From NCBI GenBank assembly GCA_031835245.2, contig JAVKOQ020000060.1, forward strand, positions 62,001 to 126,000: a stretch of DNA of 64,000 nt. Reading direction: 5' to 3'. The DNA is from Balamuthia mandrillaris. Taxonomy: Eukaryota. A program made the translations under genes and the position numbers. The notes beneath the pieces were generated by a model. The model was not told the DNA's origin and made no database searches. It worked only from the letters and a program-made list of their open reading frames with translations. The stretch's first letter is position 1, and every line of letters begins with the position of its first letter. Of this stretch, positions 12,968 to 25,843 are shown piece after piece.

Positions 12968-12978
12968 TTTTTCAAAAA
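12968..12978. terminator. Possible bidirectional Pol III terminator (TTTTT-C-AAAAA)
   Basis: T5 on + immediately followed by T5 on -, lying between the two convergent hairpin units. Confidence 0.3.
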
Positions 12979-13033
12979 CCTCCCCTTGCTTACCGAGCGA
13001 GAAAGCGACTGCTCTACCGATTTGTTCCACGCA

Positions 13034-13096
13034 GGACCTTGTGATGCAGCTGGTACGCCGAGGTTTTCCCAGTATTACCGACCACACCACAAGGGA
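13034..13096 (-). ncRNA. Candidate 63-nt tRNA-Glu-derived hairpin RNA (unit B)
   Basis: Minus strand reads TCCCTTGTGGTGTGGTCGGTAATACTGGGAAAACCTCGGCGTACCAGCTGCATCACAAGGTCC. The first 22 nt are identical to unit A, and the stem depends on G:U pairs available only on this strand. Confidence 0.5.
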
Positions 13097-13191
13097 TGCG
13101 GTCCAACGTTCCGCGAAGGGATTTCCGACACCTCCACAAGGGATTTCTGCTCTTTTTAGTAGAAAATGTTTTTTCTTCACTTTCAACAACA

Positions 13192-13263
13192 TCCGCTGTG
13201 GTGTAGTCGGTAACACTGTTGGCTTTCACCCAGCTACCCCGGGTTCGATTCCCGGCAGCGGAG
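13192..13263 (+). tRNA. tRNA-Glu (anticodon TTC), 72 nt, no intron
   Basis: Acceptor TCCGCTG/CAGCGGA, D-arm GTGT..ACAC, anticodon arm GTTGG-CTTTCAC-CCAGC, T-loop GGTTCGATTCC, downstream T-run terminator. Confidence 0.96.
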
Positions 13264-13371
13264 ATTCCTTTTTTTTGTGTTGGAACGTTTTTTAATCTCT
13301 CAATTAATTAACGCAGAATTTTTTTTGGCGCAGAAAGACTTTTAGAACCGGTCTGCTGTGCCTTGTCTGTG

Positions 13372-14811
13372 ATGGCTGCTTCTTCGTCTTCTTCTTCAGA
13401 CATCGCCCGTGTTAGCGAGCAGTATGGTTACAGATACGTGCTCTACAACGACATTGTGTATTGCCCATTCCACCTCCCAGAGAAGGTTTGGCTCAAAACA
13501 AAAAATGAAACTTTGTCTCTGACCTCACTTCAAACAATAACAAACAATATAGATTGATGAACTGAGGGAAAGGTTTGTTGTCGAAGAGTCGGACGTGGTG
13601 GTTGCCACTTTTCCCAAGTGCGGCACCACATGGATGCAACAGATAGTGTTGTTGCTCCTATTTGGTGGAGACCGCAGCAAAGTGTGGAACCCTATGAAAC
13701 AGAGCCTTTGGTTGGAAACTGCTGTTTCTTTGCCGGATCTGAAGCACCGTAAAACCATCGAAGAGCTTCAAGCCATGCCCCTTCGTCGCTGTTGGAAGGT
13801 TGGTATGTTTCATTATTATAAGTTGGCTTTCATTCTTGTCATATCTTCTTTCTTTTGTGGTGGTTCCTTCTTCCTTCTTATTATTCTTCTTTCTCCTTCT
13901 CCTAATTGTTTATTCTTTACCTTCTCCGCGGGGCACCATACTACTATTTTTGTTTTGCACCAACGCAACAAGACGCATGCCCCTGAACACTTGAAACCGT
14001 GGAAGGAGATGAAAGGCAAAATCGTTGTGGTGGCACGTAATCCGAATGATGCAGCTGTATCCATGTACCATCACAGCCGCGACGTTGCTACGTTTGAGTA
14101 CTCGGGTCCATGGGACCACTTTGTTACCGAACTTTTCCTCAAGGGCCTTGTAGAGCACGGTAGTTTTTGGGACTGGCATGCTGGTTGGTGGGCTGCGTAT
14201 AAGAACCAACCCAGTGAAAACCAGCAGGTAGCAACCCCTCCTTTTCTTTCTTCCATCCATTTCCTTCCTTCCTTCCTTCCTTCCTTCCTTCTTAGCTTGC
14301 TCTCTTTTGCTTCCTTTTTCTTGTTTACTGCTCCTCTGCTTTTTTTTTCTTGCCACTAAACGCATTCTTTTACGCTCACCAGATCTTGTGGGTGACCTAC
14401 GAAGATCTTCAGAAAGATTTGGCAGGAGAGGTGGCACGAATTGCAAAGTTCATATGTGTAGATGCCACTCCCGAAGTCCTTGAAAGCGTAGTTGCTGGCA
14501 GTTCCTTTTCGGCCATGAAGGCCCAGTTCGAGGAGCAGGAAAAGCAGGCCGAAGTCCGTGGAGAACAGGTGAAGAAGAACCACATTCGGCAGGGCAAGGT
14601 TTGTTTCTTTGTTTCTTTGTTTTTTTCTTGCTCTTCTCTCTTCTCTCTTTCTTCTGCTACGTTGTTTGATGAGTTGCCTCTTCTTCTCTGCGTGATACAA
14701 CGAAAGTCTGGCGGTTGGAGGGACGTTTTCACGGAGGAACAAGCGGCTGCCTTTGATGCAAAGCTTGAGGAGCTGCAGGCAAAACACCCCGACCTTGATT
14801 TTCAGTTTTGA
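13372..14811 (+). CDS. Cytosolic sulfotransferase (SULT, Sulfotransfer_1)
   Basis: 5'-PSB 'ATFPKCGTTWMQ', K|TH, 3'-PB 'VARNPNDAAVSMYH', 'YEDL', 'IRQGK|SGGWR'. Confidence 0.92.
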
Positions 14812-15168
14812 ACGAGAGGACCAGCCATTTGGCGGGAAAGACAAAAAAAAACTTTCGAGACGACATGGTAAAACTGCCTTTGGCGGCAAACGGTGCAGAA
14901 CAGCCACAAAGCAGAGACGAAAAAAAGAGATAAGCTGAACGCACTAGCAACAACGGCCCCAAAGAAGACGCGCAACCAAGTTGATAATGAGAGAAGGGAG
15001 AGGAGCGGAAAGAGAGAAAACGATATCATGAGGAAGGTATCGTTTACTAAAGCAGCCAAGGAGGGATATTTAAATAGCGGACAATATTGAGAGTACCCTT
15101 GGTGTGAAGATCATGAGGAGCTGTTGTTGGTCTTTGTTGGGTTACGGAGGAAAAATGAGCGGGGTCGT

Positions 15169-16162
15169 TCATTGAGCGGCAGCGGGTTCAGCGGTGGACT
15201 TCTTGGATCGGCGCATGGAAGAAGCACGGCGCTGGGAGATGAGGGCCTGGCGCTTAGCCTTGGCCTCCTTACGCCTTTGGGCCAAGAGCTTGGCGTACTC
15301 AGCGGCGTCCTCCTTGCTCTTCTTCAATTGCTTCTTCTTGAGAGCAATCCTTCTCCTCTTGCGTTGCAAAACAACGGGGGTGACCAGACGCTGGACCTTG
15401 GGGGCCTTGGTCCTTCCCTTCTTGCCCTCCTTACCGGGGATCACACGGCGAACAACCCAGGGGCGTACGTCGTCGTCCTTCTTGAGGTCGAACAACCTCC
15501 TGATCTTGGAGGCCCTCTTGGGACCAAGGCGCTTGGGCAACTCTTTGTCTGTGAGGCCGGGCAGATCGTTCTCTCCCTTCTTGATGATGACCAAGTTGAG
15601 GACGCTCAAGTCAGAGCCAACAATGCAGCCACGCACGGACTTCCTCCTGCGCTCACCGTCCCTCCTCTCGCGGAAACCCTTGGAGTCTGATTGGACCAGG
15701 CGATTAGGCCGAGGTACAAAATATACACAGGGAAAGATGGAGCAGGAGGAGAAAGTAAGATACCCTTGTCCAAAAGGAGACGGACACGGCCCTGAGTGAG
15801 CACACCCTGGGTCATACAGAAACCCTGTTTGTCATTTCCACCGGTGATCTTCATGACGTAACCCTTGAACTCATCGCCAAGAGCGTCAACCTCCACCTCA
15901 GCGGCCATTCTCTTGTCGTAGAAAATGCGCCTAAGAAAAAGGAGGAACGAGATTAGACACACACCAAAAGGGCTGTTTCTGCAGAAGTACTTACAGCTTA
16001 CGCTCATCTTCAATTTCAATAAGCTTTTGGCACCCAGTGGACGGGTTGGCAATGTTGAGCTAGAGCAAAAATAAAAACATCAGAACATGAAAGATCTTGG
16101 AGCACCAATCATAAGGAGCAGAGAAGAGGAACGTGCGGAGGAAAAGCAAGACTCACCTTCAT
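15169..16162 (-). CDS. RPS6: 40S ribosomal protein S6 (eS6), 4 exons
   Basis: [15 protein letters not shown], 'GGNDKQGF', '[21 protein letters not shown]', '[13 protein letters not shown]', C-terminal RRASS phosphosite. Confidence 0.97.
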
Positions 16163-16413
16163 GTTTGACGATACCTTCCTCGCTCACACGTAGTACACGA
16201 CTTGGACTGGGGACGTGAGGGAACTGAAATAGTAAAAGAAAGAAAAAAAAAGGGGGGGGGCGATGGGAGGATACGAGAACTGAATTTTGGTCGTGGTCGG
16301 AGTTTTTCGGAGTTATATACCACGTCAGCTTTATTATTTATGGTATATGATCGATCTATCGGCTTACAATAATTTTTTTTGTTGTTGCTCCGTCTCTTTT
16401 CTTTTTTGTTGTG

Positions 16414-18052
16414 TTACAATAGACCAACTATCCGCTTGATCTCGGCCAAGTTCCTCGTTGCCATTTCGTCAGCCTTTCTTGCCCCCTCCCTCAGCGTTCT
16501 CTCCACAAATTCTGGGTTGGCTCTAAGCTCTCTGATCCTCTCTCCGATTGGAGCAAGCTTGGCCACCGCCAATCTCGCCAGCTCCTCTTTGAACTGCAAC
16601 GTGTCTTTCCCTTGAAACCGTTCCACCACTTCTGCCACGGTTAAAGACTTCTGAGAGTAGCTGTCGTTGTAGTTGTTGTTCTCTTGTGTCTCACTCGCGA
16701 TCGCAGAAAGAGAAGAGTACATGTTGAGCAAGTTGGATACTTCGGGTCGCTCTTTGGGGTCGAAGCTGAGCGAGGAAGTGCTGTCGGTTTTGGCTTTGCG
16801 AATCTTGACCTCAATTTCTTCTTTGGTATCGGTGAGGTTGATGCGGCTTTTATCGGACTCGTCTGACTTGCTCATTTTCTTGGTGCCATCTCGTAGGCTC
16901 ATCACACGTTGAAACTGTGCTGTTTGATTTGTTGTCATGTTTTTTGTTTTGCTAAAGAGATGAGTAGAAAGAAAAAAGTTTAGAAAGCAAAGGAGTGTGA
17001 GCGACTTACTGAAGGTCGGAGTAGGAAGAGGAAAAAAGTCAGTTTTGTAATGGTTGTTGAAACTCTCCGCAATGTTACGAGTGAGCTCCAGATGTTGCGT
17101 TTGATCATCGCCAACAGGGACATGTGTGGCTCTGTGAATGATTGGAGTAAGAGTGTTCATTCAGTCAGACATTCTCTCTCTCGTCTATTCACTCTGCTAT
17201 TCTCGCTTTTACCTATATAAGAGAATATCAGCAGCCATAAGAACAGGGTAAGAGAACAATCCCAACATCGAGCCTTGTGTCGCTTTCTTCTCCTGTTGTT
17301 GAGTAGTTATAAATACAAAAGAGTGGGCTGAGCAAGAATGAAAACGAATGTTGCAACAAAAGCAACGAACGAAACAAAGGAAAAGAAACAACAACCAAAA
17401 AGGAGAGAGAAAAAGAAAAAGAAAAAAGAGAAAGGGGAAAAAAAACCTTGTACTGAGTCATTCGGTTGAGAGCACCTATCGATGTTCTACACCCCAATAT
17501 CCACGCCAGTTCAGCATGACCCGGCACCTTCATCAAAACAAAGGACAAAAAAAAAAGATGGTTTGTTACAAAAAAAGAAAAAAAAAAAAGAAAGAAATAA
17601 AGACAAAAAAAAAAACAAACAAACAAACAAACCCATGATTGAGGATACAAAATGGTTTTCGTTGGATCGATCCCACAAGCGAGAAGCGCGATAGCGACCT
17701 CCATGGTGCTCTCCCTCAAGTCGGCGGGGTTCAGCGTGGTGTTGGTCAAGGAGTGGAGGTCCATGATACCAAAAATGATTTGCGCGTGGTCATCGTGGGC
17801 GCTCTTATCACCTCGATGGTGTTCCTGTTGCAAACGAACCCAGTTGCTGATGGCTCCCAAATAGTTTCCCAAGTGCAGTTTTCCGGTGGCTTGGATGCCA
17901 GAAAAGATGCGTTGCTTTGGGTTAGAGGCGAGTTGAGCGGAGGCAGTAGAAAAGAACACTCCTGCCCCTCCTTTCAATTTTCGATCGCCGCCACGAAGAA
18001 AGGCAGCGCTCAGCATGGCCGTCCCTTGTCTGCTCATCGGCCGCCTGTTCAT
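16414..18052 (-). CDS. WARS2: Tryptophanyl-tRNA synthetase, mitochondrial/bacterial type
   Basis: 'IFSGIQATGKLHLGNYLGAI', 'YPVLMAADILLY', 'VPVGDDQTQHLELTR', KMSKS; presequence-like N-terminus. Confidence 0.94.
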
Positions 18053-18187
18053 CTTTGTCGTTTTTTGTTGTCGACACTATTTTTATTGTTATTGTCGACA
18101 CGGAAAAGTCGACACGAAAGTGCATTGGTGCACAAAAACTGCTCTTGTTGTGCTAAAAGTGTACAGTATTGGGACAAGGAGAGAGCA

Positions 18188-18523
18188 TTACAGGCGGGTG
18201 GCGACCCAAATGGCCGCTTTGGAGCCGGTTTCGATGGCTGTGGTCAATACCTTGTATAACGGAGCCTAGGTGGTTGTTGGAAGAGGAGGTTTTTTTTGGG
18301 GGGGGGGCATAACACATATTCATGAGATGTGGAGATCAACACGATAAGATAATAACCTATATCACCACTACATACCTGTTCAGCATCGTGCTTCAAACCG
18401 GTGTCTAAATGCTCCAATTCATCATCCCTAAACTCCTTTATCATCTGTCATGTGTGAAAGTTAAAGTTGTTAAGTTATGTTAAACACTGTCTTTGCTCCT
18501 ATCTCTCTAACTCTCTCTCCCTT

Positions 18524-18579
<56 letters not shown>

Positions 18580-19215
18580 CTCCCTCTCTCATTCTATCTC
18601 ATCTACGAACCTTCCTCAACTTTCGGTCCTCTTCGTCTTCATACCCCTTCTCGTTCAGCGTTCTCAGCTGGTCATTATAATGATGCCCAATCACCGTTTC
18701 CACAGCCACAGTGCACGCCATGGCCGCCTCCTTGCCCAACAGGGCCGTTCCTACGCCCAGGGCGTAGCCAGCCACCTCCCAGAGGGGAGACAGGGCGCTG
18801 GGACGCACCCGATGCTTGACCATCATCTCGTTGAAGGCCTTGAGGTGTTTCTCTTCCTGGCGTGCCATTTCTGCGATGACTGGCTCCTCGGCTGTCCCTT
18901 TGAGCACCGCTAGCTGGCCTTTGTAGATCTGCTGTGCTCCCATTTCTCCCGCCTTTAAAGAGGAAAACCTTGAGTGCTTGATGATGAAACAACGAGAGAG
19001 AGAAGGAAGAGCAAACAAACCTGATCGACTCGAATCATTCGATCGTAAATCTCTCTTTTCTCGTCGGAGAACATGGTCCTGCGTTGAGAGGTCATTGCGG
19101 GCATCCCGTAGAGGCACTGGCGTGTGTTGTGCAGTCGTGCTGTCGCTCCATCGGCCAGGCTCCACCCACAGGCTCGAGGCGTCGACCGCACGCTGGAGAT
19201 CAGCGCTCTCTTCAT
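18188..19215 (-). CDS. COQ7: 5-demethoxyubiquinone hydroxylase (COQ7/Clk-1)
   Basis: '[20 protein letters not shown]', 'QEEKHL', '[21 protein letters not shown]', '[13 protein letters not shown]', last exon '[25 protein letters not shown]'. Confidence 0.95.
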
Positions 19216-19565
19216 CTCGCTATGTGTTTTTTTTTTCCCACAGTGATGTCATCATTTCCAAATATACGAAAAATCTACATCACCAAACAGCGCTGTCTAT
19301 AAAAAGGGGTGGATACGTCACATATGTCTAAATAAAGAAAAGTGTCATCGGAATTTTAAATATGAATGGAATGATCTCTTTCCATTAATCAATTCATCTA
19401 ACAGCATGCTATGCGACGCGGCCACCGCCTATCTCGTTCATTCATTCATTTGGTGACACAAGAAAAAATAAAAATAAAAAGTGAGGACCGAAAGGCGAGC
19501 AACCAACAAAACAAAAAAGAAACGCAGACTCCTCCCCTCCCTTACGAACACACCTTATAGCACCC

Positions 19566-22099
19566 ATGTCCGCTCCGCTGGAGAAAGAGGAAGTAACGCT
19601 ATGGAAAAGCAAAGTGAACAAATTGATTGAGGTAACTTTTTTTCAAAAATATTTTCCGTCAACCAGCTTATTGACGATATTTTTTTTTTGCTTCTCTCCC
19701 ACACGCGCATAGGGCACCAAAGACATACAAACCAAACATGCTCCAGAGCTCATCAAATTGGTACAACAGTACCAAAGACTAATGAAAGGTTTTTTACTTC
19801 TAAACGTCAATTTTGTCTCTCTTTATGTCTTTCTTATTGTTCTTGTTCTTGTGCTTCTTCTCCTGTTCTGCTTCTGCTTCTGCTTCTGCTTCTTCTTCTT
19901 CTTCTTGTTCTTCTTCTTCTCCTGCTTCTTGTTCTTCTTCTTCTTCTTCTTGTTCTTCTTCTTCTTCTTCTTCTTCTTGTTCTTCTTCTTCTTCTTCGCA
20001 CATTTTTTAAATATGTTATGTATCTTTTTCTCGCTGCAGCCCAGCAGGAAACCGGTGAGAAGATCGCCGATCTCTGGTCCATTATTGCCGAAACTATCGG
20101 CCTGGACTCGGAATGGGGTTTGTGTGTTTTTTTTTTTCTCGTCGTTATGTGCCACTGAACCCGTTCATTAAACTGTTTTTTTTAAATAAACAGCCAAGTG
20201 CTTCAAAGATCTTGGAGAAAAACAAAGAGAGCTGGATAGAACGCAACCTTGGGTAGAATTGAATCCTCTCCTCTCCTCTCCTCTCCTCTTTTCTTTGCTT
20301 TCTCCCTTTTTCGCTCATAAGTTTTCCTATAGGACGAAGCTGCACAAAATTCTTTTGTTGATCCATTGACGATCGGTATGGAAGCAGAAGTGCGAGAAAC
20401 ACTTGTAAGTATTTCTTTCATTCTTTCATTTTTTTTTAAAAAAAAAGATAAACACTTTGCTGAACAAAAAAACAAAACCAAACAGAAAAAAGAAAAAGAC
20501 GTAAGAAAAGCAATTGTGAAGTTTGACACAGAGTTACGCAGCAAAGGAGGCACCTTCCGCAAAGAACTGAAGAAGGGCTTGCTCGACGCAAACGAGGTTC
20601 GTTTTTCTTGCTCGCTTTATTCTATTATAACCTTTTTTTTTTCATGTTCTTCTCCTTCTCCTCCTTCCCTTCTTCTTCTACTACCTCTTCTTTCATTGTT
20701 ATTATTCTTTCATAAAAAGAACCTAAACAAATCGTATACACAATATACAGCTTACAACACAGTGGGAAACAACTCAAAAGCAAATCACAGAATACAGAGA
20801 CCTCATCGCAGCCGATGTGGAGCGTCACTGCCAACAGACCTACTTCAAGCTGTTGCAGGCATGGTGCATGACCATGAAGGCAAGAGCCAACAACCTTGAC
20901 GCTATGCAGCGTACGTTTATTCTGTCTCATGATAACAATCTGCGTTTTTTTTCTCCTGCTCTCTGCATTGTCTTTATGTCTTTGAGTGTAACTCTTGCAG
21001 TCAAACACGTTAGCTAACAAACAAAAATAACAGAACAATTGGAGAAACTGAAAGAGAGCATCGGTGAAGCAGTCATCGTGAAGCCCAACAAAGAGCCCGA
21101 AGGAAATCTTGCTGAAGCCTACAACCCCAACTTTAGCAACCAGCTCGTGCCTGACATGGACAAGAAGAAGAAAGAGGTGATGAAAGCCAAGAGTCTCTCC
21201 AAGAAAGACGGAAAGAAGAAGGACAAGGAAAAGAGACGAGGCAGCAAGAACAATCTCGCTCCTCTCTCCAGCGATGACGGAGCCGTTCGACCTCCTGCCT
21301 CTCTTTCGGAGGACGTATTCAGCCGTCCTGGTGCTGCTCGTCCCATGACTTGGGCTCCTATTAGTGGAGGTTAGTGTCTGTGTTATTTTTATTTTCCTCG
21401 TTTTTTTTTTAAACAACTAACAATAATAAAAAAATATAGGCACGGGCAATCGTTTGGAACAAGCTATCAACCAGTTCGGCCCAGCTGGTGGCGCTGCTGA
21501 TCCCTTCGCCGCCCGCGCCATTCCCTCTGTGCCTGGCAGCCCGCCGCCTCTCCCTCCCACCTCCTCTTCCACAGAGTGCTTCGTCAAGGCCAAATGGGCA
21601 TTCAACGCAGAGAGACAGGGAGAGCTGAGCATGCAGGTAGGCGATGTGCTCAAGGTCATCGACAAGACCAACAAGAACTGGTGGAAGGTGGAGCTGAACG
21701 GCCAGCAGGGCAATATCCCCTTCAACTACGTGGAGGAGATCAAAGTGGAGCCGACCTTGCCACCGCCTGTGCTTCCCAGTCGAGCTGAGTTGGAACCCTT
21801 GCCTGCACCTCCTGCTGAGGAAGAGCTTCATTCCGAGGTTCGTTTTTGTTTATCTTCCTCTTTTTTTAAAAAAAAAAAAAAACAAACGGCAGGCCGTTAA
21901 CCTCCTCGCTCTTTTTCTTCTCAAACCAAACCAGGCCTCTATCCCAGAACCACCCGCCATTACGCCCGCTCCTGTGGCTTTGGAGTTCACGCCCCCGCCG
22001 CCGCCTGTGGAGGACCAGTGGATCGAGTACAAAGCGGACGACGGCACACCCTACTACTACAACCCCATTACGGGCGAAAGCTCTTGGGTCAAACCGTAA
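19566..22099 (+). CDS. BAR/IMD-like coiled-coil + SH3 + WW adaptor protein
   Basis: Helical N-terminal exons ('QNSFVDPLTIGMEAEVRE'), SH3 'VKAKWAFNAERQGELSMQVGDVL...NWWKVELNGQQGNIPFNYVEE', WW 'WIEYKADDGTPYYYNPITGESSWVKP*'. Confidence 0.8.
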
Positions 22100-22369
22100 A
22101 ACAGCCAAGCCTCTCCTTCCTCCTCCTTTCGCGTCTCTCTCTCTTCTCTTTTGTGAAATTAATTTCACGTTTTCTTTTTTTTGTCACAGTGCTGCACTTT
22201 TCCTCCTCATTCTGTGCAGCTGTAATGACATCAGCAACCTTAAAATAAAGGTGCTTTCAATTCCGTCGACAGAAATATATGTCGACAAATATCGAAAATT
22301 TAAATATTTTTTCGCGATAAACCATAAAAATGAAAAAAGGCAAATAAATTTTAACAAAACAAAAAAAAA

Positions 22370-23656
<1,287 letters not shown>

Positions 23657-23704
23657 TGAAAGAAGTCAAAGATGAAACCAAGTTTTTTTTAAAAAAACAA
23701 GAGT

Positions 23705-23743
<39 letters not shown>

Positions 23744-23926
23744 GCTCTCTCCCCTAGCCATAACAAACAGAAGAACAACAAAAGAAAGAAAAAATAATAA
23801 ATAAGAAGCTTATTATGCAAAAAGAAAAACAAACAAGCACAGAGAGAAAAAGAAAAAAAAGATAAGGGAATAAAAAAAATAAAACGGAGACAGCAAGACG
23901 CAGCACGTTTGTGTTATGCCGGTGGT

Positions 23927-24077
23927 TTAGGCTCCGCCACCACATGCGCACTTTTGCTTCTTTCGGCTGTTGGTGGCAGCGTCGTGGCTTAATATAAGTC
24001 CAGCCTTTTGTTTGTTTGTTGTATTGAGATGAAGATGTCAACAAGGATTCTCTTTCTGCCCCTCTCGCTTTCTGTTA

Positions 24078-24126
<49 letters not shown>

Positions 24127-25404
24127 GTTCTTCAATCAACTGCAAAAAGAAAGAAAGAAAAAGGAACACATACCCTTGGCGCTCCTCCTGGACGATCACG
24201 GTTTTCCTTTGGTAATGTTTTGGCTGTTTTGTGTATATCAGTGGGAGAAGCAAGAAGGAAGAGAAAGAAGCTAATAAAAGCAGAAACCCTAACCGATTTC
24301 CTCAAAGATGGTATTAACGTTTTGTGCTGTCTTGGCAGATGTCTCCATAAACAAAACGCCATTCTCTTCTGCGTAGGTTTGTGCATCCTTTTTATTTGCA
24401 GTATTAGCATTGGTTACTGCAATGGAAAATACGAAGGAAAAATAAATACCTCACTTCGTATCTTTCGGCTGTCTTCCAAGTCACACTTGTTACCAACCAA
24501 CGCGATTACCATCTTGGCAGCTCCTTGTGTTTGCAGTTCTTTTACCCATGCCTTTGCTCTGTTGAAAGAGCTCTGTACACAGAATAGGCAGGGAAAAAAG
24601 GCGGGAAAGAAAGAATCAGAAACGAGAGCCAATGAAGAGAGAGAGGGAGAGGAGGCGGAGAGAAAAGAGAAAGAGAAAAAAAATGAGCATAGTTAAATGT
24701 ACCTCGCTTGTAATGTCATATACTACAAGAGCGGCTTGAGCACCACGGTAGTACATTGGTGCTAAACTGTTGAACCGTAATTTCATCGTTTCGTCAAGGA
24801 AACAGCAGAAATAAAAAACGAATACTCCAGAAAAGAAGAACAAGAATGAGAAACAGAGACAAGAACGAGAAAGAGAAGGACTACAGAAGAAGACGAACAA
24901 GCAGAAGGACAAGAATAAAAGGCAAAGAAAGGATATTTTCTTGTCCAGCTGTGTCCTACAAAACGCAAAATATAGTGAGCACGTAAGAAGTTCACGTTGT
25001 CAAACATAAGAGCGGAGAGCAAACTTACCCAAATCTCAAACTTGACCATCGTTTGGTCGCTCAAACCAACCGTTTGGGTAAGAAACGCAGCTATGAAACA
25101 AAGTGTCAAGAGGAGGAGGAGGAGAAGAACAAGAAGAAAAGCAAGGAGCAAGAAGAAGAAGCAGAAGAAGAAGAAGCAGAAGAAGAAGAAGAAGAACAAC
25201 AACAAGAACAACAAGAAGAACAACAACAAGAAGAAGAAAAGCAAACTCTCTGAAACAGAAACAAGAAGGGAAAAGCATACCCCCAATGGTACTCTCATTA
25301 TTTTCATGAAACTCGCCCTTTACAAAACGAAGCACGAGGTTAGACTTGCCAACGCCTGCTTGTCCCAACAGCACCAACTTGAACTGAAAGATCCTCGAAT
25401 TCAT
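23927..25404 (-). CDS. Rab5/Rab22-family small GTPase
   Basis: '[67 protein letters not shown]'; last exon ends '[11 protein letters not shown]' (candidate prenylation cysteines). Confidence 0.9.
24777..24936 (-). other. U12-type (minor spliceosome) AT-AC intron
   Basis: Donor ATATCCTTT, branch point TTCCTTGAC (24801-24793), acceptor AC; removal restores [16 protein letters not shown]. Confidence 0.92.
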
Positions 25405-25843
25405 GGTGGTGGTCGTCGTCGTAAAATCTTTTTTTGTTTGATTTGATATTCAAAACAAAAAATTATTTCGTTTGTTCTTATTTTTGCAACCTCTTTCCTA
25501 TTCCACTTGTTGCAGAGTTATTGTCAGAGCTTTTTTCGTCGGTTTTTAAACGACGAACACTGTTGAATCCTTTTTGCACCCACACCAAGGATTAAAAATA
25601 AATAAATCCGCCCGCGAGCAGCCGCTACTTTCTTTCTTTTCCGTTCTTCCCACTTCTCTCTTTTGTTTTTTTTGTTGCCGACAAAAATAGCCCGAAAAAA
25701 GGAAAAATTAAGTTTATGTCGACATGTGAGGATGCGACCGTTAGGATTGGCCTCCTCGAAAGCACCATTTGTCCCCAATTGCTGCACGCTATTTGCTCAG
25801 CAGGCCAATACATTTTCATGGCCAACGCGCAACGGTTTGGTTT

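Noticed and set aside
12810..13143. Repeat-spacer pattern read as a CRISPR array
   Set aside because: Copies alternate in orientation, are degenerate and irregularly spaced, derive from the adjacent tRNA, and lie in a eukaryotic locus with no cas genes.
12642..13295. 217-aa ORF spanning the hairpin cluster and tRNA
   Set aside because: Overlaps a bona fide tRNA, starts in low-complexity sequence and shows no recognisable protein features.
16060..16156. C/D-box snoRNA in RPS6 intron 1 (ATGATT...CTGA on -)
   Set aside because: The boxes are only ~35 nt apart, the C box is imperfect and there is no terminal stem.
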